Of a DNA stretch of 64,000 bases, positions 44,704 through 54,960 are shown one piece after another. Both the position numbers and the translations under genes were made by a program. Source of the DNA: an uncultured Rhodanobacter sp. (lineage in GTDB: Bacteria > Bacteroidota > Bacteroidia > Cytophagales > Hymenobacteraceae); NCBI GenBank assembly GCA_964657755.1, contig CAZZWL010000009.1:239-64238 (forward strand), given 5' to 3'. Each line of letters opens with the position of its first letter. Positions within the stretch are counted from its first letter, which is position 1. Under the pieces are notes generated by a model. That model was not told where the DNA came from, did no database searches, and saw only the letters and a program-made list of their open reading frames with translations.

Positions 44704-45174
44704 CTAGTCGTTGCGGTGGGCGGCTAGCTTTTCGTGGTGGTTATCCTCGGCTTCTTCCACCGAATGCGTTTCGCCCAGGTCGTTGTCTGCCTTGGCCTTC
44801 TCAGCTAGTAAACAATAGAACTGGTGAATAAGTCGGATTTCTTCCTCCGAAAAATCCTGCGCGTTAATGAGGCGGTTGCTCGCGCCTTTGGTGGCGGCCA
44901 GTAACTCATTCAGTTTGAGGTGCAACACCAGCGAGTCCTTGTTTTGGGCCCGCTGAATGAGAAACACCATCAAAAAGGTGATGATGGTAGTACCCGTATT
45001 GATGACGAGCTGCCAGGTTTCGGAGTAATGAAACAATGGCCCGGTCACGGCCCACAGCAGAATAATTCCTACTGCACCAATAAAAACGGCGGTCGAGCCC
45101 GCTACCTTGGTCGTTTGCTCGGCAAATCGCCCAAAAAATGACTTTTTGCCGAAAACTTTGGGTGCGTCAGACAT
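44704..45174 (-). CDS. Low-affinity iron permease (Fet4-like) family protein
   Basis: WAVTGPLFHYSETWQLVINTGTTIITFLMVFLIQ..QN.D...LHLKLNEL. Confidence 0.9.
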   Translation of the reverse strand: MSDAPKVFGKKSFFGRFAEQTTKVAGSTAVFIGAVGIILLWAVTGPLFHYSETWQLVINTGTTIITFLMVFLIQRAQNKDSLVLHLKLNELLAATKGASNRLINAQDFSEEEIRLIHQFYCLLAEKAKADNDLGETHSVEEAEDNHHEKLAAHRND

Positions 45175-45288
45175 AAAAAACGGGGTAGGAAAAGTAAACG
45201 CGCGTCGGCTACCTTCTTGCCAATTAGCGCGTAAGGTTCGGGCCAACTAATTAATTCCAGGTGAGGAGCCGCAAAAAACGGTGACAGG

Positions 45289-45319
45289 TTTGAAAAAACG
45301 GCGAAGCGTAGTACATTTG
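45289..45319 (+). promoter_or_regulatory. Sigma-A promoter of tRNA-Leu
   Basis: TTTG (45289-45292), 19-nt spacer, TACATTTG (45312-45319). Confidence 0.6.
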
Positions 45320-45383
45320 CACCCGCTTCGCCGCCTCAGCGAAGCCGGCCCCGCGGCCGAATCTGAGTTGCCAATTACCTTTT

Positions 45384-45465
45384 GCGCACGTGGTGAAACT
45401 GGTAGACACGCCATCTTGAGGGGGTGGTGCCTTCGGGTGTGGGAGTTCGAATCTCCCCGCGCGCA
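45384..45465 (+). tRNA. tRNA-Leu(GAG)
   Basis: GCGCACGTGGTGAAACTGGTAGACACG-CCATC-TT-GAG-GG-GGTGG, long variable arm, GGAGTTCGAATCTCC, CGCGCGC-A. Confidence 0.95.
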
Positions 45466-45473
45466 CGCAAAGC

Positions 45474-45503
45474 AAAAAGCCCGCCGTTAGGTGGGCTTTT
45501 TTT
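45474..45503. terminator. Bidirectional terminator between tRNA-Leu and NFACT
   Basis: AAAAAGCCCGCC-gtta-GGTGGGCTTTTTTT. Confidence 0.75.
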
Positions 45504-45511
45504 GTGGCTGG

Positions 45512-47071
45512 CTATTTCTCAAACGGATTGCCGGGTACTACCAGCACCACGCGCTCCCGCTCGACCAGCACCTGGCCGGGTAGCGAACCCTTGGGCTTGC
45601 GCACAAATTTCTTGGGCGTCACCGTCACCGGGCACAGCGAGTCGTGCTGGCGGCGCGAGTACCAGCCCGCCAGCTGCGCCGCATGCTCCACCACCGGCTC
45701 GGGCACCGGCTGCCCCGCCCGGTGCCGAATGACCACGTGCGAGCCGCTCACGTCCTTGGCGTGCAGCCACAGGTCGTCTTTATGCGCGTATTTCTGGGTT
45801 AGCAGGTCGTTATTCTGCGCGTTGCGCCCCACCAAGATGGTAAAGCCCTGGTCCTCAAATACCTTGAACGGCAGCTCAGTAGCCGCCTTGGCGAGGGGGG
45901 TAGGGTCGAGGGCGTGCAGCTTGCGCCAGGCGCGCAGGCCGCGCAGCTCGGCCAGCGCGGGTTGGGTATCCAGCTCCTCCAGCAGCTCGAGGGCTTGCAA
46001 GGCTTCCGCCTCGCGGCCGGCTACCCGGCCTTGCAGCTGGCGCTCCTCAATTTGCTGGTTCTTGGCTTTGCGGTACAGGTTTTCGGCGGTACGCTGGGGC
46101 TTTTCGAGCGGCTTCAGTTTGAGCACCACCGGCTCATTGGTATAAAAATCTATTACCTCCACCTGGGCCGCGCCCGGCGCAATGGTGTGCAGATTGGCCA
46201 TAATCAGGTCGGCGCGGTGGCGGTAGCCCGCCTCGTGGGCCAGCGCGTGCAGGCGCTGGCCCGCCAGGTGCGCGCTGGTGCTGGCCTCGTCGGCGCGGCG
46301 CGTCAGCAGCTGGCGCAGCTGGCGGCGCTCAGTTTCGAGGGCGCGGCGGGCCAGCGCCAGCGGCACGAAGCGCCGCAGCGCGCCAATGGGGTCAGCACCG
46401 GGCAGCGTATCGAGCACTTCGCCCAGTGCCACCAGGCTCAGGCGCGTTCGCCCGTCGAGGTAGATGATATAGTAGTGCGCCGGGCTCTCCAGCTCCGCGA
46501 GTAGTTCGGTGGCGAGCTGCTGCTTTAGCGCGGCCGGGGCTGGGTCATAGCCGCGCTGCTCGCGCAGGAAGCGCGCCGGCAGGTCGGCCAGCGCGGGCGG
46601 CAGCTTGCCGGCTTCGCCAATAACCAAGGGGGTAGGGGCCGCCGGCACCAGGTCGGCATCGGTGGCGTAGCGCTGGTGAAATAGCTGGGCCGCCGCCGGG
46701 CCAGGCCGAAAAATAGCGTTCGGCCGCGGGCCGTACAGCTTGAAAACCAGCGTGGCGGCGTCCTCCACAAACGTAAATTGCAGCACCCTGTCCTGCGGCC
46801 ACGCCTCCACGCGGGCTACCGTGCGGCCCAGCAACTCGGGTAATAAATCCACTGAGTTTTGACGGGCCCGATGGAAGGACTCGGGTAGGGATAAAGCTGG
46901 GAAAGCCGCACCCAGTTGCGCTTTCAGCCAAAACTCGGCCCCGGCTTCGTTCAGCAAGCCCACCACCAGCTCATCTTTCTCCTGCGAAAAGCAGCTGGCC
47001 ACGCGGTAGCCCCGCAGCCGCTCGGTAAGGGCCGGGGCCAGCTGGCGCAGGAAATAGTAGTTGGTGTGCAT
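45512..47071 (-). CDS. NFACT (FbpA/RqcH-like) RNA-binding protein
   Basis: CFSQEKDEL N-terminus; NFACT-R domain ILVGRNAQNNDLLT...DLWLHAKDVSGSHVVI...AA.LAGWYS. Confidence 0.9.
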   Translation of the reverse strand: MHTNYYFLRQLAPALTERLRGYRVASCFSQEKDELVVGLLNEAGAEFWLKAQLGAAFPALSLPESFHRARQNSVDLLPELLGRTVARVEAWPQDRVLQFTFVEDAATLVFKLYGPRPNAIFRPGPAAAQLFHQRYATDADLVPAAPTPLVIGEAGKLPPALADLPARFLREQRGYDPAPAALKQQLATELLAELESPAHYYIIYLDGRTRLSLVALGEVLDTLPGADPIGALRRFVPLALARRALETERRQLRQLLTRRADEASTSAHLAGQRLHALAHEAGYRHRADLIMANLHTIAPGAAQVEVIDFYTNEPVVLKLKPLEKPQRTAENLYRKAKNQQIEERQLQGRVAGREAEALQALELLEELDTQPALAELRGLRAWRKLHALDPTPLAKAATELPFKVFEDQGFTILVGRNAQNNDLLTQKYAHKDDLWLHAKDVSGSHVVIRHRAGQPVPEPVVEHAAQLAGWYSRRQHDSLCPVTVTPKKFVRKPKGSLPGQVLVERERVVLVVPGNPFEK

Positions 47072-47079
47072 AGATACTG

Positions 47080-47586
47080 CTAAAAATTATAAGGCACTTT
47101 TCGCAGCTGAAGTATTTCTGATAAAAAACGGCGAGATTTACGCTCTTCGTGTTTGTATAAAAAGGCAAAAAGTAGCATTCCTACTAAACCGAAAGTGGGT
47201 AAGATGATTACCCCGCTAAGATTTCCCGTCGTGTTATAATTTAACAACACAAAGCCAAGAAAAATCAGCAAGAACAGCAACATAAATCTCCAGGCAACCT
47301 GACTAGCTCGGTTTGGCTGGTACGTCAGTTTTATTCGGCTCCCCTTCGTGGTGCTATCGCGCACGGTCGTTATTACCCCCGAAATTTCCAGCAGTGAATT
47401 TCCTCTACCAACTCCTGCGGCTAAAATCAAGTTAAAGCCTGCTTCGGTCACTTTCCCGTAATAAAGTGCATCAGGTTGTGGTGGCAAAATTTGCCAGCTG
47501 GCAGGCATTGATGTTGATGAAATATGGCTCTGTAGTGTAGTCCGAATTTCGTTTGACTTGAGCGGCGAGTACAAGTCCTCCGTCAT
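47080..47586 (-). CDS. AT-rich hypothetical membrane protein
   Basis: 168-aa ORF with two C-terminal TM segments; markedly lower GC than its neighbours. Confidence 0.65.
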   Translation of the reverse strand: MTEDLYSPLKSNEIRTTLQSHISSTSMPASWQILPPQPDALYYGKVTEAGFNLILAAGVGRGNSLLEISGVITTVRDSTTKGSRIKLTYQPNRASQVAWRFMLLFLLIFLGFVLLNYNTTGNLSGVIILPTFGLVGMLLFAFLYKHEERKSRRFLSEILQLRKVPYNF

Positions 47587-47627
47587 AAAACACCCGTCAG
47601 TTTAAGTCTTTCGCAATAACAGTCGCC

Positions 47628-48395
47628 CTACCCCTCCACCACCAGCCCATCGTAGGCCAGCCGCACCCAGGGGGGTAGGGTGGCCTCTACCTCGCGGTGG
47701 CGACCCAGCTGGTGGCTGATATGGGTGAGGTAAGCCCGGCGCGGCTTCAACTCCTCCAGAATAGCGACGGCCTCGCCCAAGGTGAAGTGTGAGATGTGTG
47801 GCTCGTGGCGTAGCGCGTTGAGCACGATGGTGTCGGCCCCGCGCAGCTGGTCCATCGTACTGTCCGGCAGCTGGTTAGCATCCGTCAGGTAAGCCAGGCC
47901 ACCGATGCGGAAGCCCAGCACGGGCAGCTTGTAGTGCAGGGCGCGCAGCGGCTGCACGGCTAGGCCCAGCATCTCAAACGGCTGCTGGTCGTCGGTGATG
48001 GGGTGCAGGCTCACTTGCGGCACGCCGGGGTACTTATGCTCGGTAAAAACGTAGGCAAATTCCTGTTTAAGCTGGGCCAGCACTCGGGGCTCGGCAAAAA
48101 CGGGCATTTCCTGCTGCTGCCGAAAGTTGAAGGCCCGCACGTCATCGAGACCCGCCGTGTGGTCTTTGTGCTCGTGCGTGAACAGGATACCGTCGAGCCG
48201 GCTGATGTGGGCGCGCAGCATTTGCTGCCGGAAGTCAGGACCCGTATCAATCACTAGGCTGCGGCCGGCTACCTCCAAATGCACTGATACGCGCAACCGC
48301 TGGTCGCGAAAGTCGAGCGAGCGGCACACCGGGCAGGAGCACCCTATCATCGGCACTCCCGACGAAGTACCCGTGCCCAAAAAAGTAAGTTTCAT
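47628..48395 (-). CDS. MBL-fold metallo-hydrolase (PhnP-like)
   Basis: FLGTGTSSGVP.IGC.C.VC, IDTGPDFRQQ, THEHKDH.AG.DD, SHF, THISH. Confidence 0.92.
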   Translation of the reverse strand: MKLTFLGTGTSSGVPMIGCSCPVCRSLDFRDQRLRVSVHLEVAGRSLVIDTGPDFRQQMLRAHISRLDGILFTHEHKDHTAGLDDVRAFNFRQQQEMPVFAEPRVLAQLKQEFAYVFTEHKYPGVPQVSLHPITDDQQPFEMLGLAVQPLRALHYKLPVLGFRIGGLAYLTDANQLPDSTMDQLRGADTIVLNALRHEPHISHFTLGEAVAILEELKPRRAYLTHISHQLGRHREVEATLPPWVRLAYDGLVVEG

Positions 48396-48400
48396 GCCTG

Positions 48401-48485
48401 AAAAGCCGTTAGCTGAAAGCTGTGGGCCGTTAGCTTTCTTCCAGAATGAAAGCTAACGGCCCACAGCTTTCAGCTAACGGCTTTT
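48401..48485. repeat. Perfect 38-bp-stem hairpin with repeated GCCGTTAGCT units
   Basis: AAAAGCCGTTAGCTGAAAGCTGTGGGCCGTTAGCTTTC-ttccagaat-GAAAGCTAACGGCCCACAGCTTTCAGCTAACGGCTTTT. Confidence 0.85.
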
Positions 48486-48494
48486 TAAAAGGAA

Positions 48495-48881
48495 TTAGCC
48501 CACATACTGCCGCACTACCCGCACCAGCGCGTCAAAATCCAGTGGCTTGGGTAAGTAATCAGTAATACCGGCCTCGCGGAATTGCTCTAAGGAGTAATTA
48601 TTGGCGTTGCCAGTGATGGCAATAACGGGTAGCTGATTGATGCGCGAATCGGCGTGGCCTCGGATGTCCTTCGTGCATTCCAAGCCGTTTCTTACTGGAA
48701 TATTTATGTCCATCAGTACGCCGTCCACTTGGTGGCTTTCCAGTTGGCGCAACACTTCGCCCCCATTTTTGGCAAGTATGATTTTGTACTTCTGCTGTTC
48801 CAATATTTTGCGGGTCAAGCTTAAAATAACGGAGCTATCCTCGGCAATCAGAATGGTTTTGGGTTGAGATTCGGAATCCAT
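48495..48881 (-). CDS. Single-domain response regulator
   Basis: ILIAEDS, LMDINIP..NG, ITGNA, LPKPLD. Confidence 0.92.
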   Translation of the reverse strand: MDSESQPKTILIAEDSSVILSLTRKILEQQKYKIILAKNGGEVLRQLESHQVDGVLMDINIPVRNGLECTKDIRGHADSRINQLPVIAITGNANNYSLEQFREAGITDYLPKPLDFDALVRVVRQYVG

Positions 48882-48977
48882 GAAAGAGATGCGGTAGTAG
48901 TGAGCGAAGAAAGGTTATAACAGGAATAAATAATAAGCAATAAATTCTTTTAAATGTCAATAATATTCTTGTAAAGT

Positions 48978-51900
48978 TTATTCAATAGCGGCAAGTATGG
49001 CTGGATACTGGTTAACAAACTGCTCAAATAGCTGCCCCAAATCGGCCAAACCCTTAGTCAGAGAATCAGTTTCCCGATTCTTGATGGCTTGCTCCAGCGC
49101 CAGTGCTTTAGCAGCCAGGTGGGTAAGACCCAGCGTGCCCGCCGTCCCCTTTAGCTGATGAAAGAATGGGTGCAGGCCGTCGAGGTTTTCCTCGGCCCAG
49201 CAGGCATTGGCTTGTGCGAGGAGGGTAGTCGTTTCTTCCACAAACTCGCTGTAGAGCTCCGCGGCAAACCCATCGCCGCCTAACTGGTGCAGCTGCGCCA
49301 GCACTTCGGGGTCGATGATGGCGGGGGGGGTAGGGGCGGCCACTTCGGCAAGTGGCCGCGGGCCATTGACCCAGCGGGCCAGGGTTTCGGCTAGCTGCTG
49401 GTGCTTCACGGGCTTAGCCAGGTAGTCATCGAGACCGGCTTTCACGAAGCGCACCGCATCATCGGGCATCGAATAGGCCGTCATGGCTACGATAGGCGGG
49501 CTCGCCGCCCCCAATTGCGCCTTGATGGCGCGGGTGGCGGCAATGCCGTCGAGGCCCGGCATTTGAATGTCCATCAGGATGAGCTGGTAGGCGGCATTCG
49601 GGGCCGTGGCGCGGGCAATGGCTTCGTAGCCATCGCTGGCTACTTCAACGTGGCAGTTGAGTTTGGCCAGCAGGCGAGCCGCCACCTTTTGGTTGATGGC
49701 GTTGTCATCGACGAGTAATATCCGGGCTGCTTCGCCAGTAAATGCAGCATCGGTGAAGGGAGCGGCGGGAGGAGTCGGGAGCGCGGCCGGTGCGGGGGCC
49801 GGGTCGGCCGTAAGTACCTGGCACCGAATGGTAAACCAGAAGACGCTGCCCTCGCCGGTATTGGAAAGCACCCCGATAGTGCCCCCCAGCAGCTCCGCCA
49901 ATTCCTTGCTGATGGCCAGGCCCAGCCCCGTGCCACCATAAGCCTTGCTGGGGGTAGTATCGAGCTGCGTGAAACTGGTGAACAGGCGGGCCGCATCATT
50001 GGGCGAAATACCAATGCCCGAATCCTGCACCGCAAACCGCAACGTACAATACTCGCCTTCCGTGCGCACCAGCGAGGCTACCACGTTTACCGTGCCCTGC
50101 ACCGTAAACTTGATGGCGTTGGCCACCAAGTTGGCCAGAATCTGGAGAAGCCGCGTTTCGTCCGTAACGATAAACGTCGGAGTTTCCGGCGTAACGAGGT
50201 AGTTGAAGCGAATATTTTTCTGGTTGGCTCGGTAGGAGAACAGCGCGCTCAGGCGGTCGAGTAGCGGCACCAGCGCCAGCGGCGCTTCGTGCAGGCGCAT
50301 CTTACCAGCCTGAATCTTCGACAGGTCTAGAATGTCGTTCAGAATGGTGAGCAGGGCCTCGGAGCTCGTGCGCAGCGTATCAACATAGTCGGCCTGCTCA
50401 GTATTGAGGATGGTTTGGCCCAGCAGGTCAATCATCCCAATAATACCGTTCATGGGCGTACGCAGCTCGTGGCTCATATTGGCCAAAAACTGCGTTTTCG
50501 CATCGGAGGCGGCTTCTGCCTCTTCCTTAGCCAAGCGCAAGTCGTCCTGAATGCGCCGAATCTCGGTGATATCGCGCACAATGCCTTCGGTGCCGAAAGC
50601 AGTGCGGCGGGCATTCACGAGCACGCTTACGGCATGGCCGTCGTGGTGGCGCAACTGCGTCTCAAAGTTGCGCAGTTCCCCGTGCTTACGCAACTCAACC
50701 AGCAAATTTCTGTGCTGCTCAGGCTGCAGATACACGTGGTCAATGGGGTAGTTCAGCGCTTCGGTAGGGTTATAGCCGAGCACTTCCCGCACCGACGGAC
50801 TCAGGATGGTAAAGCGTCCTTCGCGGTCAGTGCGGTAATAAATGTCTTGGAAAGACTCAAATATGGAGCGAAATTTTTCTTCCTGCGCTGCCAACACCAA
50901 CTGCGAGTTTTTTGTAGCGGTGATATCCTGTGCCTGCGCCGTAATCTCCTCAAATGAACCGTCGGGCAAATATATAGGAGCCAGCGAAACGTTTAGCCAC
51001 ACATCAGGACCTCTGCTCCTACGTAGCGCGACTTCAAACTGTTGCGCCTCGCCCCGGCTGGCTGCCTGGTAGCTGCTGCGAAACAATGTGCGGGTTCCTT
51101 CCTCGGTAAGGGCAATATCCGACTCTATAAGATTGAGACCCTGGGTAGGCAGCGCGCCATTACGGTGCAGGTAAAAGTCAGCGTAGTTGCGGTTAAACGA
51201 TACCAGATAGCCACTCCGGTCTACGTTCCACATGAGCTGATTGCCGCTCTCAAAAATGGCGTTGAGGCGGGCGTTCTGGAGTGCCAGGTGTTCTTCTTGT
51301 CGCTTGCGGTCGATGGCCAGCGCTACCTGGCCCGAAATGAAGTGCAGAATATCGAGGTCGGCGGGCGTGTACAAGTCGGCCCGGTCGTATTCCTGCACCG
51401 CCAGCACCCCGATAGTGCGGTCGCCCACGCTCAGCGGCGAAGCCAGCAGCACGGCCGGCAGGCGGCCAAATGCCGTGAGTTCACCGGTTCGCATCAGGCG
51501 CAGCAAATCGGCCTTGGTAAAGTACAGCGGCTGCCCTTGCTCAATAACGTATTCGGTCACGCCCATCGAGAAAGGCCGCCCATCGCCCTGCTCAAAGTAG
51601 GCGTGCTGGTCCACGTAGTACACGAACTGCAGCTCCGTGCGGGCATCGTCGCAGAGCGAGATAAAAATATTATTCGTTTCGATAACCTTGCCCAGTTCGC
51701 GGTGAATAGCGCCGTAGAGAGCGGGTAGGTCGTGGGCCGAAATGGCCAGGTTGGCAATGCTATAGTAGACTTTTTGCAGGCGCTCGGCTTTAATACGGTC
51801 CGTAATGTCGTGCAGCACGGCCCGGGCGCTGGGCAGGCGGCCGGGCTGCTGCTCGCTGCTCACCGAGCCGATGAGGTGCACGGGCCGGCCCGCCTTGGTT

Positions 51901-52559
51901 AGCAGCACGGTTTCGAGCTTGTTCAGGGCCTGGCCCTCGTAGAGGCGCCGCAGCTGGTAGAGCAGTTTGGCCCGGTAGTAGGGGTGCACCACATCGGTAA
52001 AGGGCCGGCCCATGAGCTCCTCTTCGGTGTAGCCTAACTTTTCCTGCCCCGCGCGGTTCACGAATAGCAGCACGTTGGTGGCGCTCAGGTGCAGTATCAG
52101 GTCGTGCGAACTATCAAAAAACTCGCGCAGGTACGCTGGCTCGGGCATTGCCAGCTGGGTTCCGGCACCGGGCTGGGCCCCTTTGGGTAGCACGTGGCCC
52201 GCCGTCCACATCCCCACAATATCACCCTGCTCGTCCAGTACTAGGTTGCATTGCCACTGCAGGGTAAGCAGGCTGCCATCTTTGGCGGCCAGTTCCGATT
52301 CGTAGTAGGGTGGGCAAGGCTCGTCGCCGGCCAGGATGCGCCGGGTTTTGGCTTGCCGCTCAGCTTGCTGGGCGCGAGGTAATAATTTAGAAGCCGCCTG
52401 ACCTACTAGCTCGGCCTGGTCGTAGCCGCTGAGGTTAAGTAGCGTATTATTTGCTTCCACAACCAGGCCGTCGCGGTCAATTACCACGTAGGCCAGCTGC
52501 AGCTGGTCGAGCATGAGAGCGGTAGCCGGTAATATCGATACCGGAGAAGAAGATTGCAT
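48978..52559 (-). CDS. Hybrid sensor kinase (PAS-PAS-GAF-PAS-PAS-HisKA-HATPase-REC-HPt)
   Basis: FLANMSHELRTPMNG, NLVANAIKFT, DSGIGI, GGTGLGL, LMDIQMP, HPt FHQLKGTAG. Confidence 0.93.
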   Translation of the reverse strand: MQSSSPVSILPATALMLDQLQLAYVVIDRDGLVVEANNTLLNLSGYDQAELVGQAASKLLPRAQQAERQAKTRRILAGDEPCPPYYESELAAKDGSLLTLQWQCNLVLDEQGDIVGMWTAGHVLPKGAQPGAGTQLAMPEPAYLREFFDSSHDLILHLSATNVLLFVNRAGQEKLGYTEEELMGRPFTDVVHPYYRAKLLYQLRRLYEGQALNKLETVLLTKAGRPVHLIGSVSSEQQPGRLPSARAVLHDITDRIKAERLQKVYYSIANLAISAHDLPALYGAIHRELGKVIETNNIFISLCDDARTELQFVYYVDQHAYFEQGDGRPFSMGVTEYVIEQGQPLYFTKADLLRLMRTGELTAFGRLPAVLLASPLSVGDRTIGVLAVQEYDRADLYTPADLDILHFISGQVALAIDRKRQEEHLALQNARLNAIFESGNQLMWNVDRSGYLVSFNRNYADFYLHRNGALPTQGLNLIESDIALTEEGTRTLFRSSYQAASRGEAQQFEVALRRSRGPDVWLNVSLAPIYLPDGSFEEITAQAQDITATKNSQLVLAAQEEKFRSIFESFQDIYYRTDREGRFTILSPSVREVLGYNPTEALNYPIDHVYLQPEQHRNLLVELRKHGELRNFETQLRHHDGHAVSVLVNARRTAFGTEGIVRDITEIRRIQDDLRLAKEEAEAASDAKTQFLANMSHELRTPMNGIIGMIDLLGQTILNTEQADYVDTLRTSSEALLTILNDILDLSKIQAGKMRLHEAPLALVPLLDRLSALFSYRANQKNIRFNYLVTPETPTFIVTDETRLLQILANLVANAIKFTVQGTVNVVASLVRTEGEYCTLRFAVQDSGIGISPNDAARLFTSFTQLDTTPSKAYGGTGLGLAISKELAELLGGTIGVLSNTGEGSVFWFTIRCQVLTADPAPAPAALPTPPAAPFTDAAFTGEAARILLVDDNAINQKVAARLLAKLNCHVEVASDGYEAIARATAPNAAYQLILMDIQMPGLDGIAATRAIKAQLGAASPPIVAMTAYSMPDDAVRFVKAGLDDYLAKPVKHQQLAETLARWVNGPRPLAEVAAPTPPAIIDPEVLAQLHQLGGDGFAAELYSEFVEETTTLLAQANACWAEENLDGLHPFFHQLKGTAGTLGLTHLAAKALALEQAIKNRETDSLTKGLADLGQLFEQFVNQYPAILAAIE

Positions 52560-52650
52560 AGAGGGCGAAAAACGCTCGTTGGGCACTGGTTTTTTCAGCG
52601 GCGCACCAGCGGGGTTAGTTTTGGGCTGAATTTACGACGGCCATGTCATT

Positions 52651-53868
52651 TTGTATTCCTGCGTGCCCAAATTAGTTGACCGGCCGCGGCCACACCTCGT
52701 GGTAGCGGTTACCACCGACCTCAGCTACGACCAGCGGATGCAGCGCATTTGCGGCAGCCTGGCGCGGGCCGGCTACGTAGTGCAGCTGGTGGGCTGGCAG
52801 CGCCCGGCCTCGGTGCCGCTGGCCTCGCAGCCCTACGCCCAGCACCGGCTGCGGGGGTGGTTTCAGCACGGAAAGCTGTTTTATCTCGAATATAACCTGC
52901 GGCTGCTGAGCTATTTGCTGCGCCAGCGGGCCGCCGCCTGGGGGTGCGCCGACCTCGACGCCGCCCTACCCATCTGGCTGCGGGCCAGGCTTGGTAGCCA
53001 GCCGTTTGTGTACGACGCCCACGAGCTTTTTACGGAAGTGCCCGAAGTGGTGGCCCGGCCCCGCGTGCAGCGCGCGTGGCAGTGGGTAGAGAATTTTATT
53101 GTGCCCCGCGCCCAGCTGCGCTACACCGTGGGCCCGGCGCTGGCGCGGCTTTTTGAGCAGCGGCACCCCGGCTGCCCGTTTGCCGTGGTGCGCAACGTGG
53201 CGCTGGCCCCGCAGGGGGGGGTAGGGGCCGGCGCCCTCGCCGCTGCCAGCGGCACCGTGGGCCCCGTCGCCGCGCCCGCCCCGGCCACGTTGCTCTATCA
53301 GGGAGCCCTCAACGTGGGTCGGGGCCTGGCCGAGCTGCTGGCGGCCATGCCGCAGGTGCCGGCCCGGCTGGTAATCTGCGGCGAGGGCGACTGCTCGGCG
53401 GCCCTGCGGGCGCAGGCCGCGCGGCTGGGGCTACTGGCGGCGCCGCCTACGGTGGGGCAGGTCGAGTTTCGGGGCTACGTGCTGCCCGCTGTGCTGCGGG
53501 TGCTCACGGCCCAGGCCACGGTGGGCATCATGCTGCTCGAAAACACGGGCCTGAGCTATTACTACTCGCTGGCTAATAAGTTCTTCGACTACGTGCAGGC
53601 CGGTATTCCGCAGCTGTGCGTCGATTTTCCGGAGTACCGCGCCCTCAACGCGCAGTATGAGGTGGCCGTGCTGGTGCCCGACCTGGCGCCCGCTACGCTG
53701 GTGGCTGCCCTGGCCCGGCTGCTGCCGGCCGGCCGGCCCGGCCCCTACTACGAGCGGCTGGCCGCCAACTGCCGCCGCGCCCGTGCCGAGTGGAGCTGGC
53801 AGCAAGAAGAAAAAAAGCTGGTTCAGCTCTACAATGACTTGCTGGGAGTAGAGCCGGAAAAAGGGTAG
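52651..53868 (+). CDS. Glycosyltransferase (GT4/GT-B)
   Basis: VTTDLSYDQRM.RI, YDAHELF.E, LYQGALN.GRGL, NKFFDY..AG.P. Confidence 0.88.
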   Translation: MYSCVPKLVDRPRPHLVVAVTTDLSYDQRMQRICGSLARAGYVVQLVGWQRPASVPLASQPYAQHRLRGWFQHGKLFYLEYNLRLLSYLLRQRAAAWGCADLDAALPIWLRARLGSQPFVYDAHELFTEVPEVVARPRVQRAWQWVENFIVPRAQLRYTVGPALARLFEQRHPGCPFAVVRNVALAPQGGVGAGALAAASGTVGPVAAPAPATLLYQGALNVGRGLAELLAAMPQVPARLVICGEGDCSAALRAQAARLGLLAAPPTVGQVEFRGYVLPAVLRVLTAQATVGIMLLENTGLSYYYSLANKFFDYVQAGIPQLCVDFPEYRALNAQYEVAVLVPDLAPATLVAALARLLPAGRPGPYYERLAANCRRARAEWSWQQEEKKLVQLYNDLLGVEPEKG

Positions 53869-53963
53869 CTCGGGCAGTAGGTAGCCGGGTTTTGGGTGGT
53901 AGAAGTAGCTTCGTAGGCTTTTTACCTTGTGATTACGGCCAGCCCGCGCTCGCCGGACTACCC

Positions 53964-54887
53964 ATGTTACCTCCCGAAATACTGTCCCGCCCGGCACCGA
54001 CCCCCGCCGATGCGCGCCCCGTGCTGCTGGCCGTGGCCGGCCCCACCGCCGTGGGCAAAACGGCACTCACTGTGGCCCTGGCCCAGCAGCTGGGCACGGA
54101 AATAATATCGGCCGACTCGCGCCAGTTCTTTCGCGAAATGAGCATTGGCACCGCCAAGCCTACTTTGGCCGAGAGGCAGGGGGTAGGGCACCACTTCGTT
54201 GATTCGCACAGCATTACGGAGGACTATAGCGCCGGCCGCTTCGCGGCTGAAGCGGAGGCGCGGCTGGCCCGGCTGTTTGAAAAGCACGCCGTGGTTATCG
54301 CCACGGGCGGCTCGGGGCTGTACTTGCAGGCCCTCACCGATGGCCTCGACGAGCTGCCCGCCGTGCCGCCCGCCGTGCGCCAGCAGCTACGGCACGAGCT
54401 GCAAACCCACGGCCTACCCCCCTTGGTGGCCGAGCTGGCGCGCCTCGACCCCGTGGCCCACGCCCGCCTCGACCTGCAAAACCATCAGCGCGTGCTGCGC
54501 GCCCTGGAAGTGACGCGCGGTACCGGCCGGCCGTTTTCCAGCTTTCACCAGGGGCCGGCGGCCTTGGCGGCTACTGCGGCGGCCCGGCCCTGGCGCGTAG
54601 TGAAAGTGGCCCTGACCCGCCCCCGCGAAGAGCTTTACCAGCGCATCGACCAGCGCGTACTGCACATGCTCGACGCTGGGCTGGTGGCCGAGGTCGAAGC
54701 GCTACTGCCCTACCGCCACCACCAGGCGCTGCAAACCGTGGGCTACCAGGAAATATTCGGCTACCTCGACGGGGCCTATGCCTACGCCGAGGCCGTGCGC
54801 CTGCTCCAGCGCAACACCCGCCACTACGCCAAGCGCCAGCTCACCTGGCTCCGCCGCGACCCAGGCTACGCTTGGGTCGAATTATGA
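53964..54887 (+). CDS. miaA: tRNA dimethylallyltransferase
   Basis: GPTAVGKT, SADSRQ, IGTAKP, GGSGLY, TVGYQE, TRHYAKRQLTW. Confidence 0.97.
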   Translation: MLPPEILSRPAPTPADARPVLLAVAGPTAVGKTALTVALAQQLGTEIISADSRQFFREMSIGTAKPTLAERQGVGHHFVDSHSITEDYSAGRFAAEAEARLARLFEKHAVVIATGGSGLYLQALTDGLDELPAVPPAVRQQLRHELQTHGLPPLVAELARLDPVAHARLDLQNHQRVLRALEVTRGTGRPFSSFHQGPAALAATAAARPWRVVKVALTRPREELYQRIDQRVLHMLDAGLVAEVEALLPYRHHQALQTVGYQEIFGYLDGAYAYAEAVRLLQRNTRHYAKRQLTWLRRDPGYAWVEL

Positions 54888-54960
54888 ATCAGGAATTAGG
54901 AATTGAAACTGCGGAAGCTATGCTAAATCAGCGCTCCAATTCATAATTCCTAATTTATAC
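54882..54960. repeat. Imperfect hairpin of GAATTA-type short repeats between convergent miaA and pfkA
   Basis: ATTATGAATCAGGAATTAGGAATTG ... CAATTCATAATTCCTAATTTAT; supplies the miaA TGA. Confidence 0.5.
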
